Shown: positions 54,752 through 64,000 of the stretch, piece after piece
How the letters are laid out: each line of letters opens with the position of its first letter
How positions within the stretch are numbered: position 1 is the first letter of the stretch
Assembly: GCA_004764695.1 (NCBI GenBank)
Contig: SMSO01000034.1
Span: 4,790,461 to 4,854,460 of the forward strand
Direction: 5' to 3'
DNA length: 64,000 bases
Origin: Schizochytrium sp. TIO01
Taxonomy: Eukaryota > Protista > Bigyra: Labyrinthulomycetes
Notes under the pieces: generated by a model
Database searches by the model: none
What the model saw: the letters and a program-made list of their open reading frames with translations, nothing else
Told to the model about the DNA's origin: nothing
Translations under genes and position numbers: made by a program

Positions 54752-57700
54752 TTACCCTAACCCTACCTCTGTAAAAGGTATGATTAGAAAGGCAGGAGAC
54801 TCCTTGTTATCCCGACTCGGGACCAACAATTCGTCTAGACAACACACCTCCCCAAACTTCTTAGACGTGAGCCTTGTTCCTAGAAGTGCAGATACAGAGC
54901 GATCCGTATCTCCGGGAGTTACGTGCCCAAGAAAAGCAAGGCAGATGCGGTAGATATGATAGTGATGAAGCTCCCGACTAAGGTGTTTGGTCAACACATC
55001 AGCTGGATTGGTCCGAGTGTTTTCATAAGATAGAGAAATGATGTTGTCCTCTAAAAGTTGATGAAGATGGTGTCTGCGAATGTCCACATGCTTAGAGTTG
55101 TTGCCAACGCTCAAGTTTCGAATCAAAGGGATGATAGCTTGATTGTCCGTGTATAATGGCGATGCATCAGCTTGGGGACAGCCCAGAAAATCTAAGATGC
55201 GACGGTTCCAAATAATGGCTTTAGCGGCTTCGTTCGCAGCGTAGAGTTCTGCCTCAGTTGAGGAAAGTGCCACAGTTCGTTCTGTACTAGACTTTGTCAG
55301 AATGGTAGACCCATTAACTGCTAGCAGGTAGCCAAGCGTAGAACGTCGTGTGTAAGGGCAAGGCGCGTAAGAGGCATCGCACCAAGCTTCAAGCTTTATG
55401 TCCGAAAGTTGTATGGCTCCTCGTAAGACTATCCCGATGTTGCTTGTGCCAGCAAGGTAACGTAAAACAGCTTTGGCTGCTGTAAAGTGTTCTTCGGTTG
55501 CTGCACGGTTGTGTCTACCAAGTTCTTTAACTGCGAATGCAATGTCGGGGCGTGTATTGACTATCCATTGAAGACTTCCCACCAATGACTGATAAAGGGG
55601 ATCAGTTTTGGCCTCCTTAGGAAATGTTAACGGGTTTGCAGATGCAGGAGTGATGCGTGGTTGACAATTGTTAAGACCATGAGTTTCGAGAAGTTCCTCA
55701 ATAAAGTCGGCATGATCTAACAAAGCGATCTTGGAACTTCGATTGATCGTAAGATGCGCTCCAAGGTATCGAACACGTTTGTTGTCAGGTAAATGTTCGA
55801 AGTCCACTTTGTCGTTCCCAAAATATGATTTTAAATGACCTTCAAGAGCTTTGACACTCGAGGCAGGACCAGAAACCAAACCATCATCGACATGGGTAGA
55901 CACTGTCAGGTTCAGGCCTTTATGATGGAAAAGGCATGCATCATCGGGGCAAGGTGCTAAGCCAAAAGCATCAAAAGCATGCGCTAGTTCTTTGTAAAAT
56001 CTTAGCGGAGCAGATGAGATGCCATAGACAGATTTCAGAAGGCGATAGTAAGTGTATTCACCGTAGAAAGTCCGTACTCGTATGAAAATGTCTTTGTCAT
56101 GTACCGGTGCAGTGAGGAAAGCACTTGTAATGTCGAAAATAGCAAAGTCATGCTCCTGTGTAAGACCCAAGGTAATTTGGATGCGTACGGAAGATGGCAT
56201 CGTAACTGGTGATGCTACTTCTTGTTCAGAGGTTGGTTCTTGATCTCCGCGAACAACAAGTCTCATCTTAAGTCTACGGCGCCCTTCGTTGTCTGCGGGC
56301 TTTTTCTTGTAGACCTTCATGACATCTAAGACTTTTCCACGCACCTCCGACTTTGGGACTTCTTGCAGGGTTTCTTGTGCTGCATGATTTGCCATTTCTT
56401 CTTCATCTGTTTTCCTCCACATGGCTTTCTCATAGTCGCTGTAAAGTCGAAGATCACTTTCGTGACGAGGCTCGCGAACAGGTCTGCGTGGGTCCTCGTA
56501 AACGTGAGTGTTTGAAGTAGAAGCTTCCTGATTGTTCACCTCCTTCGTCAATAAAGCTGGGGCTGAAGTTGAGGAACTTGGATGGAAGGTTTTACCACTT
56601 CTTGTTGTAGAGCCGGTGTCGACGTCGCCAAGAATTGGATCTACCCAATGGAATTTGTTGTTTGCTATTTGTAGAACTTGTCCAGGGTATAACGGACCAG
56701 CATCAACAAATTCACGAAGAGCTTGCTTGAACTCGGAGGAGTAAGACGGTTTCTGTTTATACTTACGGGGTGGTTTCTGTGAAGAGTCCACCTCCTGCTC
56801 AATGATGGTAACATCGGGCACCTCCTTCTCTATAATGGTAGCGTCGGGCACCTCCTGATCAATGTTAATAAGATCAGGCACCTCCTGATCAATGCTAATA
56901 AGATCAGGCACCTCCTGATCAATGCTAATAAGATCGGGCACCTCCTGCTGAAAGTCTATAAGGTCTGACACCTCCTGCTCTGGACTGGATGCTGCGGGAG
57001 TACTTTGGGCAGGGTAGCTAAAATGTAGATCTTCTTCGTTTTCGCCAGAAGAGCCTGCGAGATCAAAGTTGACAGAAACGTCATTAGTGAAGGAGGGACT
57101 GGAGGGATGGTTGGTCTCTGAAGAGTTTGAAGGAAAAATCAGAGACGAGGCATCTTTGATAATAGGGCGGAAAAAATCAGAACTCGATGGACTCGAAGTA
57201 ACGTCACCGTAATCGTTGGAGAAAACCTTTACTGGGGCAGTATTGAGTAAAGAGTTGTTCAGAAGTTGCTTGCGAATGTAGTCAGATGATTCAGAAAGCT
57301 GAGGAAGGTAAGGCAGAGCACGGTAACTTCGCGAAAAGACGATGCGGCGAGAGTCCAAAGACATGATGCGTGATGTCCCAAAGCTATGTCGAGAACTGCA
57401 GCCCAGAAAAATACCAAGGCTTCCTTTGGCAGCAAAGTCGCTTTTAGTTGCAACACTGGGATTGTGTTGATGGTAGGCAACAAGGGTGCCAAATTGGCGA
57501 CTTGGAGACAAATCGGCAGTACCACATCCATGAATGACAGCAGGCACCTTAGAGGTCCGAGGCGATGGAAGGCGGTTAAGGGTCCAACATGCGTAATCAG
57601 TTGCAAAATCCCAAAAGGTGCTCGGGAGATTGCAGTCATGAAGATAGGACCAAGCGAGGCGTGAAACGAGACCTACTGTGCGTTCTGCGACGCCATGCGT

Positions 57701-59764
57701 ACCGTGTTCATGGGGAGATGCAAAGTGCAGTTTCCAATTGTACAAGTCCATTTGCTCCTGTACAAGTCTAGAAGCGAAAGCATGATCAGCGATGAGAGTT
57801 AAGCCTTCAGGGGTTGAAGTTTTCCCGGGAGCGGCGCCGAGCCAGTCTCTTCGCCACGCCCGAATGGCTTTGACAAGTGTTTCGGCATTGCACTCAGGAA
57901 ACGAATAGCATCGCCGATACTTGGAGTAATCGTCCACAAAGACAACACAGTATTTATTGCCTGTGCTGGAGCGCGTTTTAATACCAAGCAGGTCGACATG
58001 TGATACTTGGCGCGGACCGGTACTGCGAGGTGAGTGAGGTCCTTTACGAATGGGAGAGCGCGATGAGTCACCTTGAGCACAGCCAGGGCAGACTGGAAAA
58101 GATCCTTGTATCTTTGCAAGAGGGAGTCCCGAAACTTGTTTTGATATGGCATCAAGTGTTTCGAATGAGCGATGTCCAGCTCTACGATGGGCCTCAAGAA
58201 TGTCGAGTCCGGCAAACACTGGTGTTGCAGTTGGTTCGCTCGTAGTGTCTTGTGCATAAGTCAATGCGTTGTTGCAAAATTGTAAAGGGATCTCTTGATT
58301 TTGCCAGACAAGGACTTGGCGATCTTTGGTAATGTGTAGCTCGGCTCCAGCAGCGTGTAGAGCAGCGAGACTTTCAAGTACAGCTGGGGCCCTGTCATGT
58401 ACTTGAGCAGGTATGGCGGGGGCGTTGGGAATGAATGGCGATAGGTAAGTGCCTACACTGTCTGGATTTTGTAATTCACCTGAGACACCTACAATAGGTG
58501 TTGCTTTTTGTAGAGGTAGTGCAGAATGAATGTGTCGACGGCTAGGAACAACTGTAACACCAGCTCCACTGTCAATAACAGTCGAGGGAAAAGCATTGCC
58601 ACCAAGGTAAGCAGACTTTGAAAAATCTTTTACGTTAGCAGCAAAGTATTCCTCAGTGGGAACGCTGCGGCAGACTATGGCCTTGTGACCTGGTTTGTTG
58701 CAGCGAGCGCAGCGAACTCTAGGGTCAAGGTTGCAATTGTCTGTGGCGTGATTTTGCGCGCAACGAAGACAACGGTGGGAGTTGTTTCGATGAGAGCCAT
58801 GGTATCTGCCACGAGAACGGTAATTGCGGGGCTGCGGAGGGCTTGGAGAGTTGCCAAAGGCTTGGCTAACAGCTGCAGCGAGTTGGAGAAGTGTCGCGTC
58901 AGTAGAAGCGCCAAAAGCACCAGTCACTTCATTGGAAACAGAAGTGTTGGCAGCTTTAGCAGATTCCATAGTCAGGCCGGTGCGTTCGTGAATGACACGG
59001 AATGTCAGAGTAGAGTGAGCGTAGAGATCAGCCTTGATCTTGTCATACTCTGCAGGGAGCTGTTGGATGTAGCTGAACAGCATGATAGACTGTAACGTAG
59101 GGCGAGTCTTTTCGAGCTTGGCAATGGCGGTGTTCAACTTGTCGATGTGGTCGTCCAGCTTGGAGCGATCCTCGTGGGGCTTGGGACAAGCGGCCATGAC
59201 ACTCATCAGCTCTTTCCAACGACGCTGTTGGTTGAGTCTAGAGTGCTGGTTGAAGCGTTGTCTTAGCACGTACCACCCGACAAGGCCGCTGCCTTTGGCA
59301 TACCTGGAGCGTATGACTGAAGACAGGGATGACTTCTTGAAACCTTCGAGCAGGAAGAGTGCCAACACAGAGTCCTGGGCTTTGCAAATAGATGCCGGCT
59401 GGCCAGGTTTCCATGTATTGATGTCCTTGAAGGGAAGTTCGTAGTAGCCGCAGAAGCCTTCGAAGAAATCGGAGTATTCTTCAAAGTCGCCGTCGTACGT
59501 TGGTGTCGAGCGATTATTTTCGAAGTAGCGCTTGATACCTTTGATGAGAGCCGGAGTCTCAGGTTGGTAATGGATGGTTGGGGCTGACTCGGACGCCAGC
59601 AGAAAGTCCAGGTTGTCGCTGGAGTGCATCGCGGTGGCAGGGACCGCGGGGAGGGGACCATGAAAGTTGGCGGTTGCCATACTTTCACTGTCGTCATCAT
59701 CGTCGTCTTCATACACGACGGAGGCGATCTCCTCATGTTCGGAGGCTACTTCTTCTTGCACCAT
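54752..59764 (-). CDS. Copia gag-pol polyprotein (single ORF, 1670 aa)
   Basis: Two Zn knuckles (CLRCAQNHATDNC, CARCNKPGHKAIVC), protease VIDSGA, integrase H..H..CPGC plus DDE core, RT (FDITSAFL, KSVYG, HVDD) and RNase H (WCDAS, STEAE, TDNQA, NPAD), in copia order PR-IN-RT-RH. The stop lies inside the 3' LTR. Confidence 0.98.
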   Translation of the reverse strand: MVQEEVASEHEEIASVVYEDDDDDDSESMATANFHGPLPAVPATAMHSSDNLDFLLASESAPTIHYQPETPALIKGIKRYFENNRSTPTYDGDFEEYSDFFEGFCGYYELPFKDINTWKPGQPASICKAQDSVLALFLLEGFKKSSLSSVIRSRYAKGSGLVGWYVLRQRFNQHSRLNQQRRWKELMSVMAACPKPHEDRSKLDDHIDKLNTAIAKLEKTRPTLQSIMLFSYIQQLPAEYDKIKADLYAHSTLTFRVIHERTGLTMESAKAANTSVSNEVTGAFGASTDATLLQLAAAVSQAFGNSPSPPQPRNYRSRGRYHGSHRNNSHRCLRCAQNHATDNCNLDPRVRCARCNKPGHKAIVCRSVPTEEYFAANVKDFSKSAYLGGNAFPSTVIDSGAGVTVVPSRRHIHSALPLQKATPIVGVSGELQNPDSVGTYLSPFIPNAPAIPAQVHDRAPAVLESLAALHAAGAELHITKDRQVLVWQNQEIPLQFCNNALTYAQDTTSEPTATPVFAGLDILEAHRRAGHRSFETLDAISKQVSGLPLAKIQGSFPVCPGCAQGDSSRSPIRKGPHSPRSTGPRQVSHVDLLGIKTRSSTGNKYCVVFVDDYSKYRRCYSFPECNAETLVKAIRAWRRDWLGAAPGKTSTPEGLTLIADHAFASRLVQEQMDLYNWKLHFASPHEHGTHGVAERTVGLVSRLAWSYLHDCNLPSTFWDFATDYACWTLNRLPSPRTSKVPAVIHGCGTADLSPSRQFGTLVAYHQHNPSVATKSDFAAKGSLGIFLGCSSRHSFGTSRIMSLDSRRIVFSRSYRALPYLPQLSESSDYIRKQLLNNSLLNTAPVKVFSNDYGDVTSSPSSSDFFRPIIKDASSLIFPSNSSETNHPSSPSFTNDVSVNFDLAGSSGENEEDLHFSYPAQSTPAASSPEQEVSDLIDFQQEVPDLISIDQEVPDLISIDQEVPDLINIDQEVPDATIIEKEVPDVTIIEQEVDSSQKPPRKYKQKPSYSSEFKQALREFVDAGPLYPGQVLQIANNKFHWVDPILGDVDTGSTTRSGKTFHPSSSTSAPALLTKEVNNQEASTSNTHVYEDPRRPVREPRHESDLRLYSDYEKAMWRKTDEEEMANHAAQETLQEVPKSEVRGKVLDVMKVYKKKPADNEGRRRLKMRLVVRGDQEPTSEQEVASPVTMPSSVRIQITLGLTQEHDFAIFDITSAFLTAPVHDKDIFIRVRTFYGEYTYYRLLKSVYGISSAPLRFYKELAHAFDAFGLAPCPDDACLFHHKGLNLTVSTHVDDGLVSGPASSVKALEGHLKSYFGNDKVDFEHLPDNKRVRYLGAHLTINRSSKIALLDHADFIEELLETHGLNNCQPRITPASANPLTFPKEAKTDPLYQSLVGSLQWIVNTRPDIAFAVKELGRHNRAATEEHFTAAKAVLRYLAGTSNIGIVLRGAIQLSDIKLEAWCDASYAPCPYTRRSTLGYLLAVNGSTILTKSSTERTVALSSTEAELYAANEAAKAIIWNRRILDFLGCPQADASPLYTDNQAIIPLIRNLSVGNNSKHVDIRRHHLHQLLEDNIISLSYENTRTNPADVLTKHLSRELHHYHIYRICLAFLGHVTPGDTDRSVSALLGTRLTSKKFGEVCCLDELLVPSRDNKESPAFLIIPFTEVGLG
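56785..56980 (-). repeat. 30-bp coding minisatellite (QEVPDLISID-like, ~6 copies) in the IN-RT linker
   Basis: Recurring CACCTCCTG every 30 nt. Confidence 0.9.
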
Positions 59765-61011
59765 GGTCGGGCCAGTGCAGAGAGTGCGCGGGGCAGCAAA
59801 GAACGAGAGTTAATAGGCCAATAACCTTTTGTTGAATGCTGTAGAGTGACAGAGACTCGAAAGGTTGTTTACTTTTTAGGTTGAGGTTGTATAGTTTGAG
59901 GTCTGCTGACATACTGCCGGCAGTGAAGAAGTTATTTCTACTCAGTCTCTGTTACACATGTCCTTTATTAGTGGCGGCCACCGAGCGGAAAACCGCAACT
60001 ACTAGTGTTTAGTCCATGTGTCCCTTAGTGAATATTTGTTTTCTTGATAAAGATTCTCCTACGTTCTTTGATACTTTTACAGTGGTATTATGGGTTAATA
60101 CTCGTGTTCCTGTATATAATGCACGAGCATTACCCTAACCCTACTACTGCAAAAGGTATAATAAGAAAGTTAAGAGACTCTTCGTTGTCCAATGCTTGAC
60201 CTTTACCCTAACCCTACCTCTGTAAAAGGTATGATTAGAAAGGCAGGAGACTCCTTGTTATCCCGACTCGGGACCAACAATTCGTCTAGACAACAACAAC
60301 AGGGTAGATGTGTTTTCTCAGGCGAAATGTTTTTAAAAGTTATTTTTACTGACCTTTGAAAGTTATTTCTTAGTCGCCCATATCATTAATAGGGAGAAAG
60401 AACTGAGTTTAGTAGTGCTCTAACTCTATGAATAGAATAGAAAGGACTTTGCTATAGGCACCTCTTGATAGAACATGAATTGCTGAGATGCCCGAATTTG
60501 ATTTGTGAGAAAAAAGACCCCGTCAAGCTTGAGAAAAGAAGCTCCAAGTTATCATTCTGTTTGTGAGCAGGACAGAGAATTAAATGGTTAGTATAAGATT
60601 CATTTTCTTAACAACGGGATAAGATATTAATTATGGAAGTGTACCATTGGAAAGCTGGTTGAATTTCCAACAGGGTAGATGTGATTTTTCAGAAAAAATA
60701 CTTTTAACATGCATTTTACTGACCTTTAAAAGTTATTTTTTTTGTCTCTCATATTATTAATAGGGGCAAGGAACTGGGTTAGTAGTGTTGTATCTCTATA
60801 AATACAATCAACAGAGCTTTTCTACAAACACCATTCGATAGTTTATGAAGTGTTAAGATGAGTGGATTTGATTTATGAAAAAATATGTTCTTGCAAGCTG
60901 GAGAAAAAAAGCTCCAAGTTGTCACTCTATTTGTGAGCAGGATAGAGAATTAAACGGCTAGTATAAAATTCATTTTCTCAACAACGGGGAAAGATATTAA
61001 TCGTGGAGGGG

Positions 61012-61375
61012 TGTTAAGGGGCTATAAAAAGGCGTGACTAATGACCACTCGTCAATACCTAGTATACCCCGGTCCCATATATAGATTATCTCTTGACACC
61101 CCCCCATTCTCTGGGCGAAAGGTTCATATTTCGGTTAGAGACTGATTCGACATCCCAGCAGGAATAGGACACCCCTACCCCCCAGTAAGTCCTTCTTTTT
61201 CCAGGCACTTACATCACGGGGGGATCGAACCCGGGACCTACATACGGCAACTCTATCTCCTAGAGTTTCAGCTATTTGACTCTTAATCTGTTAAGGGGCT
61301 ATAAAAAGGCGTGACTAATGACCACTCGTCAATACCTAGTATACCCCGGTCCCATATATAGATTATCTCTTGACA
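61012..61375 (-). mobile_element. TRIM-B, very small non-autonomous LTR element (364 bp)
   Basis: 87-bp LTRs (61012-61098, 61289-61375; TG..CA), identical by eye. TSD AGGGG (61007-11 / 61376-80), a G-run PPT, and PBS GATTAAGAGTCAAA. Confidence 0.92.
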
Positions 61376-63658
61376 AGGGGTACCGTTGGAAAGCTGGGGC
61401 AATGTACAACAGGGTGGATGGGTTTGCTTAGCTGAAATATTCTTAAAATGTGTTTCTACTGACCTTTGAAATTTATTCTTTGGTCTCTCATATTACTAAT
61501 AGGGGGAAGGAGCTGAGTTTATTAGTGTTTTAACTCTATGAGTAGAGTAAGCAGAACTTTTCTAGAAGAGTCATTCGATAGCACATGAATTGTTGAGATG
61601 AGTGCATTTGATTTATGAGAGAAAAGCTTCTTGCAAGCTTGAGTAAACAAGGTCCAAGTTGTTACTCTGTTTATTGTCAGGATAAAGAAAACATTTGCTA
61701 CTATAAGATTCATTTTCTCAACAACGGGGAAATATATTAATCATGGAGTGATACCGTTGGAAAGCTGTTAAGAACTACAACAGGTTAGATGTGTTTTCTC
61801 AGAAACAATACATTAAACATATAGTTTTACTGACCTTTGAAAGTTTATTTTTGGTCTCTCATATTATTAATAGGGGGAAGGAACCAAGTTTAGTAGTGGT
61901 CTAACTCTTTGAGTAGAATAAACAGAACTTTTCTACAAACACCATTCTATAGCGCATGGATTGTGGAGATGGCCGCATTTGATTTATGAGAGAAAATCTT
62001 CTTTCAAGTTTGAGAAAAGAAGCTCTAAGTTGTTACTCTATTTGATAACAAAAGAAAGAATTAAAAGATTTGTACAAGATTCATTTTCTCAACAACGGGG
62101 AAATATATAAATCATGGAGTGATACCATTGGAAAGCTGCTTGAAATTACAACAGGGTAGATGTAATTTCTCAGAAAAAATACTTTAAACATATAGTTTTA
62201 CTGACCTTTGAAAGTTTATTTTGTGTCTCTCATATTATTAATAGGGAGAAGGAACCGAGTTTAGTAGTGTTTTAACTCTATGAATAGAGTACACAGAACT
62301 TTTCTAGAAGAACCATTCGATAGCGCATGAATTGTGGAGATGCCCGCACTTGATTTATGAATAAAAATCTTTTTTCAAGTTTGAGAAAAGAAGCTCTAAG
62401 TTGTTACTCTATTTGTTGGCAGGATAAAGAATAAAATGATTAGTATAATATTCATTTTCTCAACAATGAGAAAATATATTAATCATGGAGGGGTACTGTT
62501 GGAAAGCTGATGCAATTTACCACAGGGTAGATGTGTTTGCTCAGGTGAAATATTCTTAAAATGTGTTTTTACTGACCTTTGAAAGATATTTCTTAGTTTT
62601 TAATATTATTAATAGGGGGAAGGAACTGGGTTTAGTAGTGTTTTAACTCTATGAGAAGAGTAAATAGAACTTTTATAGAAGAACCAATCGATAGAAAATT
62701 CATTGCTGAGATGCCCGCATTTGATTTATGATTGAAAATCTTTTTTCAAGTTTGAGTAAAGAAGCTCCAAGTTGATACTCTATTTATTAGCAGGATAAAG
62801 GGTAAATTGAATAGTATAAGATTCAATATCTCAACAACGAGATAATATATTAATCATCGCGTGGTACCATTGGGAAGCTGTTTGAATTTACAACAGGGTA
62901 GATGTGTTTTCTCAGAGAAAATACTTTTAATATATAGTTTTACTGACATTTGAAAGTTTAATTTTGGTCTCTCATATTATTAATAGGGGGAAGTAACCAA
63001 GTTTAGTAGTGTTCTAACTTTATCAATAGAATAGACAGAGCTTTACTACAAGCACCATTCGATAGCTCTTAATTGTTAAGATGCGTGTATTTGATTTATG
63101 AGAAAAACCTCTTCTTGCAAGCTTGAGGAAAAAAGTTCCAAGTTGTCACTCTATTTGTGAGCAGGATAAAGAATAAATTGATTAGTATAAGATTCATTAT
63201 CTCAACAATGAACCAATGTTTTAATCATTGAGTGGAACCATTGCAAAGCTGAAAACATTTACAACAGGGTAGATGTGTTCGTTCAAAAAAAATGAAATTA
63301 TGGTTTTGTTTTTATTAACTTTTGAAAGATATTTCTTAGTTTCTCATATTACTCATAACCAGAAAAGGGAAACTTTGTAGTGTCATCACTCTATCAATCA
63401 AATAGTTAGTACTTTTCTTCAAGCACCACTAGAATGCTTCACAACTCATCGACGATCAACGTTGAATTATGGTGAGAGAATAGTTTTACAAATTAGACAT
63501 AAGTACTTCCATCATATTATATGCTATTCTTATTGAAGTCTCCCATATCCACGAATGTCAGCAGGCGCATAAAATCTTTTTATTTTTTAAAAGAAAATAT
63601 TTTCAATTCTTCTTAAAATATTTTTGGTAAAACCATTGATAAATATAATGTATAATAG

Positions 63659-64000
63659 TAGGTTAGGTTAGGTTAGGTTAGGTTAGGTTAGGTTAGGTTA
63701 GGTTAGGTTAGGTTAGGTTAGGTTAGGTTAGGTTGGTTAGGTTAGGTTAGGTTAGGTTAGGTTAGGTTAGGTTTAGGTTAGGTTAGGTAGGTTAGGTTAG
63801 GTTAGGTTAGGTTAGGTTAGGTTAGGTTAGGTTAGGTTAGGTTAGGTTAGGTTAGGTTAGGTTAGGTTAGGTTAGGTTAGGTTAGGTTTAGGTTAGGTTA
63901 GGTTAGGTTAGGTTAGGTTAGGTTAGGTTAGGTTAGGTTAGGTTAGGTTAGGTTAGGTTAGGTTAGGTTAGGTTAGGTTAGGTTAGGTTAGGTTTAGGTA
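63659..64000 (+). repeat. Telomere (TTAGG)n
   Basis: G-rich strand runs to the window end, with occasional TTGG/TAGG/TTTAGG variants. Confidence 0.99.

Larger units (their letters stand above)
54376..60295 (-). mobile_element. Intact Ty1/copia LTR retrotransposon (5920 bp)
   Basis: 469-bp LTRs (54376-54844, 59827-60295), identical by eye. TSD ACAAC (54371-75 / 60296-300), PBS GGTTATTGGCC (59826-59816) and PPT GGGGAGGTG (54853-54845). Confidence 0.97.
53890..63400. repeat. ~371-bp telomere-proximal tandem repeat, ~9 units (interrupted by the copia element and TRIM-B)
   Basis: Marker CTGACCTTTGAAAG (with variants) at ~54053, 60349, 60719, 61459, 61830, 62201, 62572, 62944 and 63317. Spacing is 370-373 once the insertions are removed. 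Confidence 0.93.

Overview
Right-hand end of a eukaryotic chromosome. The 18S sequence and the (TTAGG)n telomere point to a thraustochytrid (Aurantiochytrium/Schizochytrium-like). About 1-22 kb holds ordinary, mostly intronless genes (K+ channel, FEN1, Yip1-domain protein, a ~2000-aa unknown, membrane proteins, an amino-acid transporter) plus a cluster of non-canonical tRNA-like elements. From ~23.5 kb the subtelomeric domain contains, in order: tRNA-Val(GAC), a decayed Fanzor/TnpB, a spliced LRR-kinase-RING/IBR gene (- strand), a 5S rRNA gene (-), a spliced LRR-array gene (+), a full 18S-5.8S-28S unit (+), three families of long tandem repeats (~411, ~533 and ~371 bp) invaded by an intact Ty1/copia element and two TRIMs, and the telomere. 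Main finding: the ~385-bp 'spacer' repeat between 5S and 18S is protein-coding, and the ORF track misses this. Each unit is one 84-nt, phase-2/2 exon encoding a 28-aa leucine-rich repeat plus a near-identical intron. Variation is concentrated on the predicted ligand-binding residues, and units show mosaic similarity between non-adjacent copies. This gene lies head-to-head with an LRR-kinase-RING/IBR gene built from exons of the same geometry. Together they look like a subtelomeric, exon-shuffling variable-receptor system. All coordinates and splice models were read by eye and need RNA confirmation.
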